From: Balanoglossus misakiensis
Taxonomy: Eukaryota > Animalia > Hemichordata
Length of the DNA stretch: 64,000 nt
Assembly: GCA_040954595.2 (NCBI GenBank)
Contig: CM082582.2
Span: 9,725,483-9,789,482 of the forward strand
Reading direction: 5' to 3'
How positions within the stretch are numbered: the stretch's first letter is position 1; each line of letters begins with the position of its first letter. Below are positions 51,801 to 64,000 of the stretch, piece after piece. The notes below the pieces were generated by a model, which searched no databases, was not told the DNA's origin, and saw only the letters and a list, made by a program, of their open reading frames with translations. A program made the position numbers and the translations under genes.

Positions 51801-52819
51801 CAAAAACTAAAACAGAAGCGGAATACCACCCCCCCCCCCTCTCAAAAATCGCCTCATCGATCTGAGACTTACTTATGTCGAAATGGAAGCCGGAAGACAC
51901 TCCTGATTCGTCACTGCGAAAGTGTATTCCCAGTGAATCCGTGTCGAAGAGGAGGAGGTACCCGGGAAGGTATGCGCCGCTGTATCGCTTTATTCCGGGA
52001 CCCGCATCCGCCTCATCCAGGTCAAAGGTCACGTAGTCGTTCAGGCCGACGTCGAAATGGCGGAAGACCACCGTGAAGACTTTATTCAATGAACCCTTCA
52101 CGGTCGCCAAGCAGTCCTCCTGGTTGCCATAATCACCCGGGTAACCAGGGGAGACCACAGACGCGGTGTCGTCGTCATACAGCCAGACGTCACCAGAGCA
52201 ATTCATCGCTGGGGCAAGGATGGAGAGTAAAGAGCAAAATTGATGTCTGTCCTCATAGGGATAGTTCGTGATCGTATCTGGCGTCTAAGACAACTCAAAA
52301 TCGGGTCATTGGAAGCAAAGTGTATACTTACCTCCAGGCACAGTGTTGATGGATGCCTTTTCTTCCAGAAAGTCTTCAACGTAGGACAGGTCCTTTTAGG
52401 TATTTTGAAAACAATAACAGTACAGTCCCTTGAAAGTGTCCGTTTACAGAGAGTGTAAGTGATTGGTTTTAGCTACTTTTCTAGCGACAACTTTTGCTTT
52501 CACGTACAGGCAGAAATTCTGTATATGTCAACCAACCCAACGGTACGCTTGGATTACCACGGCTGTATGAGCCAGCTCTTGTTATTATACCGCCACCCCC
52601 CCCCCCCAAAAAAAAACACCTTCAAATCTGAGAATTGAACCTTCTTGTCAAGCAACATAACAGCTTCCACAGCTAACGACATCATCGGAAAGAAAACCAA
52701 GTTGGTCTTCAGCAGAGTGTCGATAATATTGTTTCACCTACCGATAAAACACTGGATGCCGTGTTCATCTGATTCATCCATATGAAATGGAAGAATAGCA
52801 ACCAAAGCACAGTTTTCAT
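48870..52819 (-). CDS. Secreted multi-CUB protein A: signal peptide and 5 CUB exons
   Basis: Exon 1 MKTVLWLLFFHFIWMNQMNTASSVLS; exon 2 DLSYVEDFLEEKASINTVPG; CUB exons near 52208, 51470, 50604, 49857 and 49358; last exon 48901-48870 VSQSRTDLRE*. Confidence 0.75.
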
Positions 52820-53066
52820 GCTGGCAGTATTTACTGCAGTTTCCCCCGCACACGTCGCCGTCGAAAATCAAAATTCACCTCTCCAAATTTCTCACTGAAA
52901 TGTAGAAGTATTTATCATTCGCTGCGTCACTGATCAGTCAGTGCTACGTCACACTCGAAGTGATGTGAAATTCTGAATAGATTATCAAAACATAATTAAA
53001 AGCAATATCCGTTTCCCAATCGTTTTGGCAATTTGTTTAACAAGTTACACCTTTGGTGGTGTTTTG

Positions 53067-53067
<1 letters not shown>

Positions 53068-53097
<30 letters not shown>

Positions 53098-53119
53098 CAT
53101 ACATACATACATACATACA
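53068..53119. repeat. (TACA)n microsatellite
   Basis: About 13 perfect copies read directly. Confidence 0.95.
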
Positions 53120-54029
53120 TTTGTTCTTCGTTAGTTATACACGTATACCTTTGAAGACATAAAGACAAACGTTGTTCATACCCTGGGTATTTATCATAAG
53201 TGCCCCTCCATGAAAGATTTGTCGTATTATGTAAACTTTGCAAACAAGATAACTCGCTTGTAAGTTTGAGACAGGTCAGCCGTATCATGTGCAGTGAGGT
53301 GCTCAATGATTTTGAATTCGTTAATTTTGAATCAACCAACATGTAACCTGAAACCAAACAAGGCCAACTGCCATTTACGTTAACAAGACACAGATTGTTA
53401 TCTACAACAAGACTTGAAACTGTCCCTCTTCTGCCCTGCAAAAACAGTAAAATTCTATCATACACGTATGCATAGAATATTGCTACCGAAGAGAGCATTC
53501 GTCGCTCCCTAAGTCACACCGATCACTTACCCCTGTAGAATTTCCTTCATCGACGTGGCTTGTCCTTGTTTATATGCACTATTTTGCGATCGCTGTATTT
53601 ATAACTATGCAAATGCTTGTGAGGACCCAAGCAACGGGCACCAAAAGGGGCGTAAACGGTGTCAGACAGACAGCGAATTTACTTCCGGGGATAATTACTA
53701 ATATAATCGGTGCTGAATTTGCCACTTTGAAAAACAAATAGGAGCCAAAGGGGTATCGTGTTGTTTTTTTCTGGGGAGAACATCATCAATTGCGTTGAAA
53801 AAGTTGCAATATTAATAGCGTGGCTTTCGCTGCGGGCGTATACCTGGTAGAATCACGTGGTTCACTGTTAGCGCATACCTAAAGTTTGCAAAATCACCGG
53901 CGAAGGCGCTATTTCGACGGGTATGTCGTCGAAGCATTTGAACATGTTGAAGGGATATATTTAAAGCGTGCCTTTGATAATTACACGTCGTGCGTCGTTA
54001 TCTGAGTTGAACTTCTTTCTAAGCAAAAC

Positions 54030-56516
54030 TCAGGTTGTGGTGGCATATATTTCCGAGAGTTCAATTTCTCCATCCGCACTGTCATCCAAAATGCCCCGGG
54101 GGTCAGTCTCTTCTTGTGATACAACGACGATGTGAGGGCTGTCGCTATCGGCGTCGTCATCGTCGTCATTTCGGAAGGCGTCATTGCTGTTCCCTCTTGA
54201 CGGGTCGCCGTCCTCGCTCTCATACCTTCCGCGTTTGCCTTCGACGTAACACTCGATGAAAGACCTGATTTGAGCCTTCAGTGCGTCCTCCTTGAGGCGT
54301 TCGGTCTCGGCGTCCCCCTGAAGCTGTGCTAAAACCTTCGGCAGAACGCCAACGGCGGCCGTCAGTAAAGACGTGATGATGGGTGTCGTGTCGAACGATT
54401 TGATGACCACATATATAAACACCAGAAAAAGCATCATGACGATAATTTTGAGGACAGCGAGCACGAAGTTGACGCTGACTGGGTGGACTTTTTCACAGAT
54501 GTACCCGAACATATCAACCGATATACAGTTCGCCCGCTGTCGGGTGGAGACGAAGGGAACGTTCTTGTAGATGATGACGGGCGAGAGGGCGGGCTTCGAG
54601 GCGTCCGTCTTGTCAGCGTCATCTGTTTCATACGATGCGTGGTCTCCGTCCGGAAATTCGCCGCCGACATCGAAGGTAAGGCGCTTTAGGTGTTGATACA
54701 ACGACGTGAAGCTCTTGTACACCGTTGCCACGTACGCAAGAACCAGTATGGCCACGGTGACGATAGGACCAAGAAGGTCGATGTTCAGTGTGATACCCAT
54801 CAGCGTGTACGCGCACACGTCGACCACTACCCACATTGCGGCTTGAAGGATGTAACTCGAAAGGAGGCTCATGAACACGGCGCAGCTGCAGGCAAGAAGG
54901 CTAGAGGCTGGCTGACTTCTGCGGATCATACTATTGACAAGAATCGCGAGCGAAACTAACGGGATCGACCGAAACAGTCGACACGGGTGTTTCCAGCCAT
55001 CGCCCCGGAGAAAGTCTTTCAACATGCGAAAGTGGATGTTCTTCGAGAAGGTGACTATACTCTCGAACAGGTGGCTGTCGGGTTCGGCGAAGACGGACAA
55101 AAAGTCCCCGTATATCTCGTCGATGTAGGCGTCGTAGAATTGCTCGTCTTTGGATGCTGTTGATAAACTCGAGTCGTCGCCTGATGCGCGCCTGTCCGTT
55201 TTGCTCTTGCCGGTTGCGCATCTTGGGAAATGCGATAGACATACAGTGGCTACCCGAATGTGATCACAAAACCAGATGAAAGTTAGTGCGCCCAAGATGT
55301 AAGGAACCAAGCCGAAGAGCATCAGACTTATCCTCCATCTCGCGACGTATGGAAATGGCAGAATTATGTCGACAGGGCTGTATGTGACTCCAATACGACC
55401 GTTGTAGTCTTGCCAGGCGTCAAGTTCAGTCGTCCTGTGCCACAAGAACAGAGGTCGGACAATCATCATGAAATAGATAAAGATCGGTATAAGGAGGGAA
55501 AAATATATCGTCAGCCAGAATTTTCGGCAGATTTGACCACATCGTCGTTCCCCCGAAGAGCGGGTAGATCGGCCAGAATCGGAATCACCACCAGTCCGGC
55601 CGTCGGCTGCTTCTGTATCAAAGTTCCAATACTTGTAGAAGTTGGTGATTGTCACCGGTGTCGTGGAATCGCTCGGCACGAGCTCTGTCCCATGCACGAG
55701 CACACTCTGTCCGTTGTCTAACCTGAATGCCTTGCGCACATTCAGCGTGGCGGGAATGAACTGCCAACTGACCAACGGCAGAACGAACAAGAAGAGAACG
55801 AGCATGGCGAAGATCTTCGAGAACTTGAACGCCAGCAGCCAGGCGTTGTCCGTCAGGTACGACGAGCATGATTGGTAATCGCGGTTCGCCTCGTAGTCCT
55901 CTAGGCTGCAACATGAAAATTGGGCGAAAGCTGTCTTGTCGATGTTCACTCTCCTGTGGCAGAGAAAGTCGTCGGCCGCCGGCCGGTCACCGGCACTTGT
56001 CGTCAGATTGGTCAGAAATTCCAGAACCAGGTCTCGCTTGCAGGACTCGGGGAGTCCGGCGATGTCGGCCGGCAAGGTCTGGTCAGTGAAAGTTACAGTC
56101 ATCGTACGCGCTCTCAGATAGAGCGTCGTGAAGGACAGGACCTCCGCGAGTGGCGTCACACGAAGGAGGGACTTCCCGTAGTCGCGACTCGCCCAGAACC
56201 AGTGCCACAGTCCGTACTCGTTCACGGTCTCGTGCAAGATGGCGTTCACGCCGCCGTATTTCGGAAACTCGAGCCAGAATTCCACGAGGACCGATTCCTC
56301 CTCTGTCACGAGTTTGCGAAATTCGTCGGCGTACGTCTGCATCGGCTCGCCGGTGTACAGGGTCAACGAAACTGGTTCTTGCAGGCTGTCAGTGGAGCAG
56401 GTGTAGTTTATGACCCCGTCGGGGCCCGGCGAAAGAATGCGTTTCTCGATCGCGACTTCTTCAAAGGCCGCACTTCGTAGAAGCACGACAGACGTGACGA
56501 TTAACACAAGAAACAT
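54030..56516 (-). CDS. Uncharacterised intronless 828-aa multipass membrane protein with signal peptide
   Basis: Long GC-rich open frame; N-terminal MFLVLIVTSVVLLRSAA; Cys-containing ectodomain (~220 aa); about 8 hydrophobic segments; acidic C-terminal tail; no domain recognised. Confidence 0.8.
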   Translation of the reverse strand: MFLVLIVTSVVLLRSAAFEEVAIEKRILSPGPDGVINYTCSTDSLQEPVSLTLYTGEPMQTYADEFRKLVTEEESVLVEFWLEFPKYGGVNAILHETVNEYGLWHWFWASRDYGKSLLRVTPLAEVLSFTTLYLRARTMTVTFTDQTLPADIAGLPESCKRDLVLEFLTNLTTSAGDRPAADDFLCHRRVNIDKTAFAQFSCCSLEDYEANRDYQSCSSYLTDNAWLLAFKFSKIFAMLVLFLFVLPLVSWQFIPATLNVRKAFRLDNGQSVLVHGTELVPSDSTTPVTITNFYKYWNFDTEAADGRTGGDSDSGRSTRSSGERRCGQICRKFWLTIYFSLLIPIFIYFMMIVRPLFLWHRTTELDAWQDYNGRIGVTYSPVDIILPFPYVARWRISLMLFGLVPYILGALTFIWFCDHIRVATVCLSHFPRCATGKSKTDRRASGDDSSLSTASKDEQFYDAYIDEIYGDFLSVFAEPDSHLFESIVTFSKNIHFRMLKDFLRGDGWKHPCRLFRSIPLVSLAILVNSMIRRSQPASSLLACSCAVFMSLLSSYILQAAMWVVVDVCAYTLMGITLNIDLLGPIVTVAILVLAYVATVYKSFTSLYQHLKRLTFDVGGEFPDGDHASYETDDADKTDASKPALSPVIIYKNVPFVSTRQRANCISVDMFGYICEKVHPVSVNFVLAVLKIIVMMLFLVFIYVVIKSFDTTPIITSLLTAAVGVLPKVLAQLQGDAETERLKEDALKAQIRSFIECYVEGKRGRYESEDGDPSRGNSNDAFRNDDDDDADSDSPHIVVVSQEETDPRGILDDSADGEIELSEIYATTT

Positions 56517-57707
56517 GCTTACGTTACTTCAGTTCACACTGCCGCCGAAGTAAAGGTCCATATACGCACTATGCAGCTCGCGAAGACCAGTTCCCAACAG
56601 CGAGACTTATTTCTTGGTGTGTAGCCACTTCAAACCATATCACAAGGCGCTGATGCCACCATAAATATTGCAATACCGCCACAAATAACGAAATGATGCA
56701 CTATAAATTGTTACAACAAGGGATATAGGTACGGGCGCTTGAAAGTGGACAATTGAGGCAAATTTATTATCTACATTCCTTCTACTCATAAGAATAGATT
56801 TATTGAAGTAACACAATTATGTACAATACTTTTCCTCCGTAAGTCATTTTTAGAAACCTTTGAGTAGTAAACGGGCCGTACACAAAACACAGTGTGCCGC
56901 GGTGTGTCGAGAGAGAGAGAGAGAGAGGGGGGGGGGGAGGGAGGGAGGGAGAGAAAGAGAGAGAGAGCATTTTCCTGCGATTGTCACGTACTAAACAATT
57001 TATCATAGTATAGTTTCACTCGAGATAACAGATCGACCTCTTATCGTAACAAATCAGGATTTACAACTCAAATGGCGCTACTTGACCAGGTTTTGATATT
57101 TTTGAGCCGAGAAATTTCTCCGGTCAGTAAACAACGTTACCCTTTCACCCAGGAACAGTTTAAGCACTTTTTCGTTCTATCTTGACTCTTCAAAAGATGA
57201 GAAAGTTTGGTGGGGGTTGCTAAATTATCACCAAGATGTATGCTTATTGCGCATGGCTTGTTGGCTGTGCCCTCCAGTGTTTGTTATGCATGCCGTTTAG
57301 TTTAGCGTTATCACCGCTGTATTTTTTTCAATTATTTCTTATTGTCGATGCATTCATTTTCTTATGATACCGAGTTCTTCCTGTGTGCTTGGAGATTATA
57401 TTCGGGTGAATGTCAATCTTTTAACCTGGAAAAAAATCCAGTTTGTTCCGCGAGTTTTCTGATTTTATGTGCATGTGAGGAATTACGTTGAATTTTTAAA
57501 TTAAAGTGGTGAAAATTTCCAGCTTTTCTTTGCTGATATCTACTCTATAGGATCTTGGGTCGGGCGTGTATTCAGATCTCGCCGCAAAATGACTTCAAAC
57601 TGGAGTTTTGGGCCGAAATGTCGCGTAAGAAAGCACAGAAGTATGGGGGATTTCGTCGCCTACACTTTCACAATGACGTGTGTTTCCTCTGACGTTCGTC
57701 ATGGAGG

Positions 57708-57714
57708 TATAAAA
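57708..57714 (+). promoter_or_regulatory. TATA box of the linker histone gene
   Basis: TATAAAA about 235 nt upstream of the ATG at 57946; no other ATG downstream of the inferred start site (~57740). Confidence 0.55.
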
Positions 57715-57945
57715 GCCAGGTGGCCAGCTGCCATGCCATTGTCACATTCACAAATAGTGAACCCCCAGCTGCGACATCGGTGACCCAGTGCGTTACACAA
57801 TTTGAAGAGGTGTGCTGCTTCTCGTCCGAGTCCGTTGTCTCCAGTCTTTTCCAAAAAAACAAGTCTGTTCCTTTGTCCGGGCCTGCAGTTCCATCAGCGG
57901 CCGTCAACTTGTGAGTAAGCAGTCTGCTCGGATTTTTTTAGCAAC

Positions 57946-58596
57946 ATGTTCCAGGGCGAAGCAAAACCGAAGCGACCGGCTCCTTCACACCCGAAAACGC
58001 TGGACATGGTAGTGGAGGCGATAACGACACTCAACGAGAAGAACGGGGCCTCCGTGCAGGCCATCAAGAACTGGATCCTGTCAAACTATCAGACCGTCGA
58101 CCCGAACAGGATTAGGCCGCTGCTGAAACAAGCGCTGGCGAAGGGACTAGAGACTGGCATTCTCGTCAGGCCGATGCGCTCAATGGCGGCGGTGGGTGCC
58201 ACCGGTCGATTCAAAATAGGGAAGCTTCCGAAACCGGAGAAAAAGAAGAAACCAGTGAAAGAGAAGGCGAAGAAAAAGCCCGCCAAGAAAGCGGCGAAGA
58301 AGGACGCGGACACCTCGATGGGAGGCAGCACGCCGACCAAAAAGGTAAAGACGAAGAAGACAAAATCACCCGCCGCTAAAAAGGAACGCTCTGGCTCCAA
58401 GGAAAGAAAGGGCAAATCGCCGGCCAAGAAGGCGAAGACGACGAAGGCGGTGGCTGAGAAGAAAAAGAAGGCGAAATCCCCAAGTAAGAAGAAGGAAAAA
58501 AGTAAAGTCAAGGACACCAAACCAAAATCTAAGCCGAAACCAAAACCGAAAGCCGCGACCGCGAAAAAGACCCCAACCAAGAAAAGCAAGAAGTAG
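57946..58596 (+). CDS. Linker histone H1, oocyte/cleavage-stage (H1.8/B4-like) subtype, intronless CDS, 216 aa
   Basis: Globular domain HPKTLDMVVEAI...GASVQAIKNWILSNYQTVDPNRIRPLLKQALAKGLETGILVRP...GATGRFKIGK carries the B4/H1oo signature (TVDP, LxRP..S..GATGRFK); Lys-rich tail with SPxK/TPxK motifs; AATAAA at 58736-58741. Confidence 0.9.
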   Translation: MFQGEAKPKRPAPSHPKTLDMVVEAITTLNEKNGASVQAIKNWILSNYQTVDPNRIRPLLKQALAKGLETGILVRPMRSMAAVGATGRFKIGKLPKPEKKKKPVKEKAKKKPAKKAAKKDADTSMGGSTPTKKVKTKKTKSPAAKKERSGSKERKGKSPAKKAKTTKAVAEKKKKAKSPSKKKEKSKVKDTKPKSKPKPKPKAATAKKTPTKKSKK

Positions 58597-59139
58597 AATT
58601 GGACAATGATGGCCACCGATGTTGTGATTGTGACTTTTGAACTTTTTTACACGACGGACATTTTTTTATTTATTTGAAGTATTTTTGCTACTTGTAAAGA
58701 TTGTGCGTGTTTCTTGTTAGATTGTTACTGTTTAAAATAAAACCTTGTCATTTACCACCCCAACACAATTCTTTGCGCTCTGGAGGTCTTTTCCCCAAGG
58801 TATTTTCATTATGCCAACAACTTAACGCTGCATATATTATCTGAAACCTTCATTACATGTACCTGAATTTTGACCGCTAGATGCTAATTATGACAGTAGT
58901 CGGCAACTGCTCATTCCGACATTTGCTGCCATGGATTTTAAATGATCTGCTTCATAAACCACACATCTTCAATTACCAGTATTGGTTTTGAACTCGTCAT
59001 ACTGTGAAATGTACCTTGAACATCCTGAAAGAGGAAACGAAAGCCCTCTGTTATTTCTGCCTGTGGCGGCGCCGCCCTAATGTTTAGTCACGTGACTACA
59101 GCTTCATTTTTCCGGAGCAAGTGCACAGCACACACCAAA

Positions 59140-59620
59140 ATGGCTGCGGCAGGAGTGGCCAAATCGGGCCTCGTGGAAGTGTTTGCCAAAGGAGAATGGT
59201 GTCGGGTTCTGGCGACGCTCGGAGAGGAGGAACTTACCATCAGCTTGGAAGAGACCTTCGACGCGAATGGCGTGGCGAACGGCTCGGCGACCGACCCGAG
59301 TCGGCACGACGCCATCCGCCAGTCCGATTACTACAGCGCCGAGAAGGATGGGCTCCCCGACTCCATCGCGAACGCCGTGCGTAAAGTCAAAGTTGTGAAG
59401 CAGGATGTCGGCGGTTTGGGGATCAGTATCAAAGGCGGCAAGGAAAACAAAATGCCTATTATAATCAGCAAGATTTTCAAGGGCTTAGCGGCGGACCAGA
59501 CGGAGAGTCTGTACGTCGGCGATGCAATTTTAGCGGTGAACGGCGAGGATCTGAGAGACGCGACCCATGACGAAGCGGTACGGGCGCTGAAGAGGGCGGG
59601 GAAAGAAGTGGAACTTGAAG
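59140..59620 (+). CDS. Beta-syntrophin-like (SNTB1/SNTB2), exon 1 (split PH-N plus PDZ); gene continues beyond the window
   Basis: KSGLVEV...W.RVL..L.EE, then [58 protein letters not shown]...[19 protein letters not shown]; donor G|GTAAAT after 59620; no further exon identified in the window. Confidence 0.9.
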
Positions 59621-62600
59621 GTAAATTGTTCAGGTTTACAAGCTTCAGTCGGCACGCAAATTGAAATATTGACCTCCTCAGAAACTGCTTTGCGCGATCT
59701 CACCCCGATAGTAATCGGAAGTGGTCGCGTTAGCACAGTAGCGCAAATTGAAGTCGCGAGGGCGGAAAGATATTTCCGGTAGTAAAAATGAAATCGACAC
59801 ACGTTCACGCGTGTGTGTAAATGTAAATGTGGTGTCACTGCTAGTGAAATGTGGCCGGGGGATATACAGTTGCACTGGCGACTTTACTTCTTTCGATTGA
59901 ACTCTAGACACGATTTAAATCAGTTGTTGGTTGTGGAGTAATATATGTGGTCATGACATTGGCGATTAGCCGTCCCATAAAACCTGACCCAGATATGTGA
60001 CAATGCCCTCTCATGATATTGTTCTGATCACTGAGCAGACCTCTCCATTCATAGGAGTACAGCGTAGAGTATGTGGCTTTTTATGAACATACCAGTAATG
60101 TAAACAACACTGCCACACCCCCTCCCCAAGATTTCTGTCAAATACCTGAAATAGGGGTATATTGTTCACCTGTGATCTCTCCAATGCAAATTCCACCAGG
60201 TTAGTGTGTTATCTGCCATCTAGTCAGTTATTTGTTTACATTTCAATCTATGATGGAGCAGTAAATTTTAAAACAAAGCACAACAGGTCACCATGGTTAG
60301 GTGTCTGAGAAAATCGAAGTTGCTATGGCAACCAGTGTTTTGTAAGGGGAGGAGAGACCAAGAACAGGCAGCATTTTATTTTGCAAACACTGGCTCATGA
60401 TTCACTTAGCATATAGAAAAACACACATTATATAACAGCTCCTTTTGTCATATAAGTTGATTTTAACGTTGTATGACTAGCAATGTTAGATCAAAAATAT
60501 ATGTGAAGGACTATTTCTACCTGACCCCTGCAGAAGTCGTACTTTTACATGTAATAAAACACGATGAAAAGACATCAGCAGCAATATGCACCCAAGGGAG
60601 ACTGGATTAACTGGAGATAAACTCCGACCTTGATAATCTAGGGCAGTTCTCACCCATGGCCAATCCAAAGGTCGTGACCTGACATTCCTGCATGGTAACC
60701 CCACTGCTTGTAATGATTTTTGTAATGGGCACACACACACCCAGATCCTGAAGCTGTACATTGTAGTGTGCAGTTGCTGAATTTTTTTTTGCGTTTTCAA
60801 CAGAACAGTTCTTGATACCACGTAATAATCAACCTACTTCAGCTTGATGCAGGAAGCCAAACAGCTTGGGATTTTCAATGCATCGCAGTCAGCAGTGAGA
60901 CATACTTCAGTTACGCACTCAGTCCAGAGAAAACAACACGATCTGCATGAGAGAATCTTTTCACATGGCTTTTTTTTTCAGGAGAAATTTATTTAAAGAA
61001 ATGTTCAGCGGACAATAATAATGGGCCTATTAAAGTCACTTTTAGGCTCATAACATTTGAAAAAGCGCTGTGCAAATGTAGGCCATCTCTGGATTTATGA
61101 ACATGTCTGGTCATGCCTCCTTGTCCATTCTGGTGCCAGAGTGGACATGGCCTATTAGGCATGGTAATTAGCACAAGTGGCCACTGTGCTGGTCCTCTGT
61201 TGGAATAGACCTGCTGTGATGTAATCTGCGACTGGGATGTGTTTGAAGTCAAGCGTGAAGGCAGCAGTGTGCTCAGCCTCTTGCATTTTGTCAACAGTAT
61301 TCAGGGCAGTACGTTGTAAGCGACCTGGTGTTGAACCTGAAGGAAATCATATATGGATGGAAACTTGGAAGGAGGACTTGAAACCACTCTCTTGGTTCTG
61401 CGGCAAGCTTGTAGGGTTTTTAGAAAACTCAATGGAGTGTGATGGAGAGGGACCATCTGGGATGGTTCGCTACTTCGTGTAACTAGATCAATGTCTCAAA
61501 CATAAGTTGCAAGTTATTCAGGACTCCTGCTGGTACAATTAATACCACATAATAATAGTGAACCAATCATAGCATGGGAAACAGACATGATGTGTTACAA
61601 GAGAGAAACATTTCTTCTTTTTATTGCTTTATCCAAAATAACAATCTTTATGGTGCAGTGAAATGCAGAAAATAAGCAAAACGTCTGACAATAATATCTG
61701 CTGAAACGTACACTTGTCAATGTCTGTTGCCCCACCATCAGCAATATACGTAGTGTTAGTCTCTTAATTGGACAATGGAGAAGGACAGTTACCTTTTGAA
61801 CACCATTGTCATTTGGTGAAGAAGGTGTCAGTAAGGGTCTGTGAGGGAGTATCAGGTTACGCTTGCGAAATGGTAATTGAAAATCTAAGTAGGTCATGCC
61901 ACACAGCCAATTTGAAAAGCCTACCGAACTGATCCACTCGGAAAGTTAGAAATGGTTATTTGTTGTGCTATCACTGAGGTCTGAAGGAAATCCAAGAGAT
62001 GCTGACCTTTGATGAGTTGGGGCCTGTGTTGACATTTTTTAAAGACAGATGACCAAGTGGGAACATTAATTTTTAAAATAGATGGTAGTGATGAATGCTT
62101 GTTTGTATCATTTCTGTAACGTACGGCGTCTATCTTTCGGAATGTTTTAAAGGGACAGTGTACGTGTTGTAGCTGCTATGACAACAATAACTGTTGAGTG
62201 TTAGTGTTACAATGCTTGATACGCATAAACAACTATATGATCATAAGCATACCGGTAACAAAGATTTTTTTTTTTTTTTTTTGGGGGGGGGGGAGGTAAA
62301 TCCTAAGTAGAGGGATACTTTCTTGACATGAACAAGGAACGTCACATCTCCTCAGACATTCCGGTCGCCTGTCTGTTTACAAAATTTGGCTCCAAAAAAC
62401 CAAACAATATGTCTGGTACGTTCACAAACAGCGTTTAACCAGACTCTTGTCATGTTGATGAGTAAATTAAAAGCTCTCAATGAGGAAACCCAGACTTTTT
62501 TCACAAGTATTTACTAAGTGGCAGAAGTTCTTCAACTTTCCCTGGCAATCCATCATTGCTGCCAGGGTCGCCTGTTACAAATCACAGCTGAACTGAGGTC

Positions 62601-64000
62601 ACCCTGCATTGTTTTATTGGTGCGGCGGTGTGGGGGGGGGGGGGTGGGGGGTGGAGGTGGTCAGGTGATGGGTGGGGACTGTGATGGAAAGTTGGGGGTG
62701 AAAGGTCGTCGCCAGGCACCACTTTCGCAGTTGCCGGGTAACTCGTTGACTGTACACAAGATGGTTTCATTGGTTGTCATGTGGATGGTGTTGAAAATGA
62801 AGACTAAACACAGACCTTGTTAGCGCATAGATGTTTCAAAGACAGTATTTTTAATTGCAAAAGATAAGAGAGAGGCAAGCATGTGTGGCGAATGATCATT
62901 TTCATGTTAACATTATGGCCATCGTATTGTACCACAGCACAGTGTTATCTTCATTATATACATCGCGGTTTACGAGACCGACGTCCCTTGTGCACAGGGC
63001 AGAAGTCAAACCACTGCTACAAACCCACTGCTTGACTCCTAAATCATATTAAATATAACTGTAAAATGTCATAACTCTGTGGGCAGCCAGATATCGGCTG
63101 TGGGTTGAATACATCCTATAATAATAGCTGGGAAAAATTAATGAACGGCAAAAAAGTGACAATTGTGGTTTTTGTTGCATAATGTCCAGGTGGGGACAAT
63201 TAATGAGTCTTCCTTTCAATTGCATTCAAGCAACACACACAGGGTTATAAATGTATGATTTATCGTGAGTCAGTTTCTGAAGTAATTTATATCATATCAC
63301 ACTAGAGACTGTTCCACCATCTGGCTTTTTCGAAGGCGGTCTAAAATTCATTTGCCCTCACTGTGTTGTTTACAGATTATGTACAAAACCGTATTTCACA
63401 TGTAGCAGTCCGTATATCTCAACGATTTTCTTCCTCATCAAGGCGACGTATAATTTATTTCTGTGAAAATGCATTTATAGTCAATTCTCAGGCAAGAAAT
63501 GAATTGCACCAAACAACGTGAAAGTTCACTTTTCATTTGAATGAGACCCTGAAAAGAAAGTGTACACTAAAGCTGCCATCAAGCCATATTCCCTCAGAAC
63601 TGAAGTGGCCATTAATATAAACCTCTCATGTTTGGCCGGATGTATTTCTGAAAAGTCAATATCGATTTATCAAGAAAAGTGGTGCTAAAAATGGACAAGA
63701 ATAATTGCATCAGTTGAAGTCACACACTCTGTTTTTTCTTCGCGTGTGTTTGCCAACAGCGGATTTGACAGAAAGTGGTGTGTAGTGCAAATATTCGAGG
63801 CCTGATCAAATATCCTGTGTATGTTATAATTATATTACTGAAAAGTTTACTACCTGGCAGTTTTCAGTCATGCTTGGGGGGTTTAAGCCAAATTAGATTA
63901 ATAATGGTGTATATTTTACTCGGTGGTGATCGAGACACAGAAAATGAAGTGTGAAAATTGGAAAAAGTGTTGTGCTGAGAATTTTAATATTATGGGACTG

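Noticed and set aside
57910-57954. Possible short intron GTGAGT...TTCCAG before the H1 coding region
   Set aside because: Splicing would remove the only available ATG (57946), and no upstream in-frame start exists after the TATA box
59680-64000. Short ORFs downstream of syntrophin exon 1
   Set aside because: No syntrophin exon 2 or other protein motif recognised; treated as intron

Overview
Eukaryotic (marine invertebrate-like, intron-rich) genomic DNA. Genes reconstructed by hand from splice signals: a secreted TSP1-vWA gene (-); a two-exon gene whose signal-peptide exon (18311-18392) splices in frame across a 10.4 kb intron onto a 2 kb intronless, bacterial/fungal-style beta-lactamase-family hydrolase with C-terminal polyglycine-hydrolase-type tandem repeats (-); RBIS/C8orf59 (+), convergent with LRRCC1 (-); two tandem paralogous secreted multi-CUB genes (5 and 11 CUB exons, the second with a recent exon-amplification array and unusual CCC motifs); an intronless 828-aa orphan multipass membrane protein (-); an intronless oocyte/cleavage-type linker histone H1 (+); and exon 1 of a beta-syntrophin (+). 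Non-autonomous DNA elements with readable target-site duplications are also present: two TAG...CTA hairpins with 9-bp TSDs (one interrupted at its loop by a 2.8 kb inverted satellite), a 2.4 kb foldback carrying a nested TIR element and a Penelope RT fragment, and a TTAA/Kolobok-type MITE. The top candidate for new biology is the secreted beta-lactamase/tandem-repeat gene, a possible domesticated horizontal transfer. All family assignments come from motif recognition; no searches were run.
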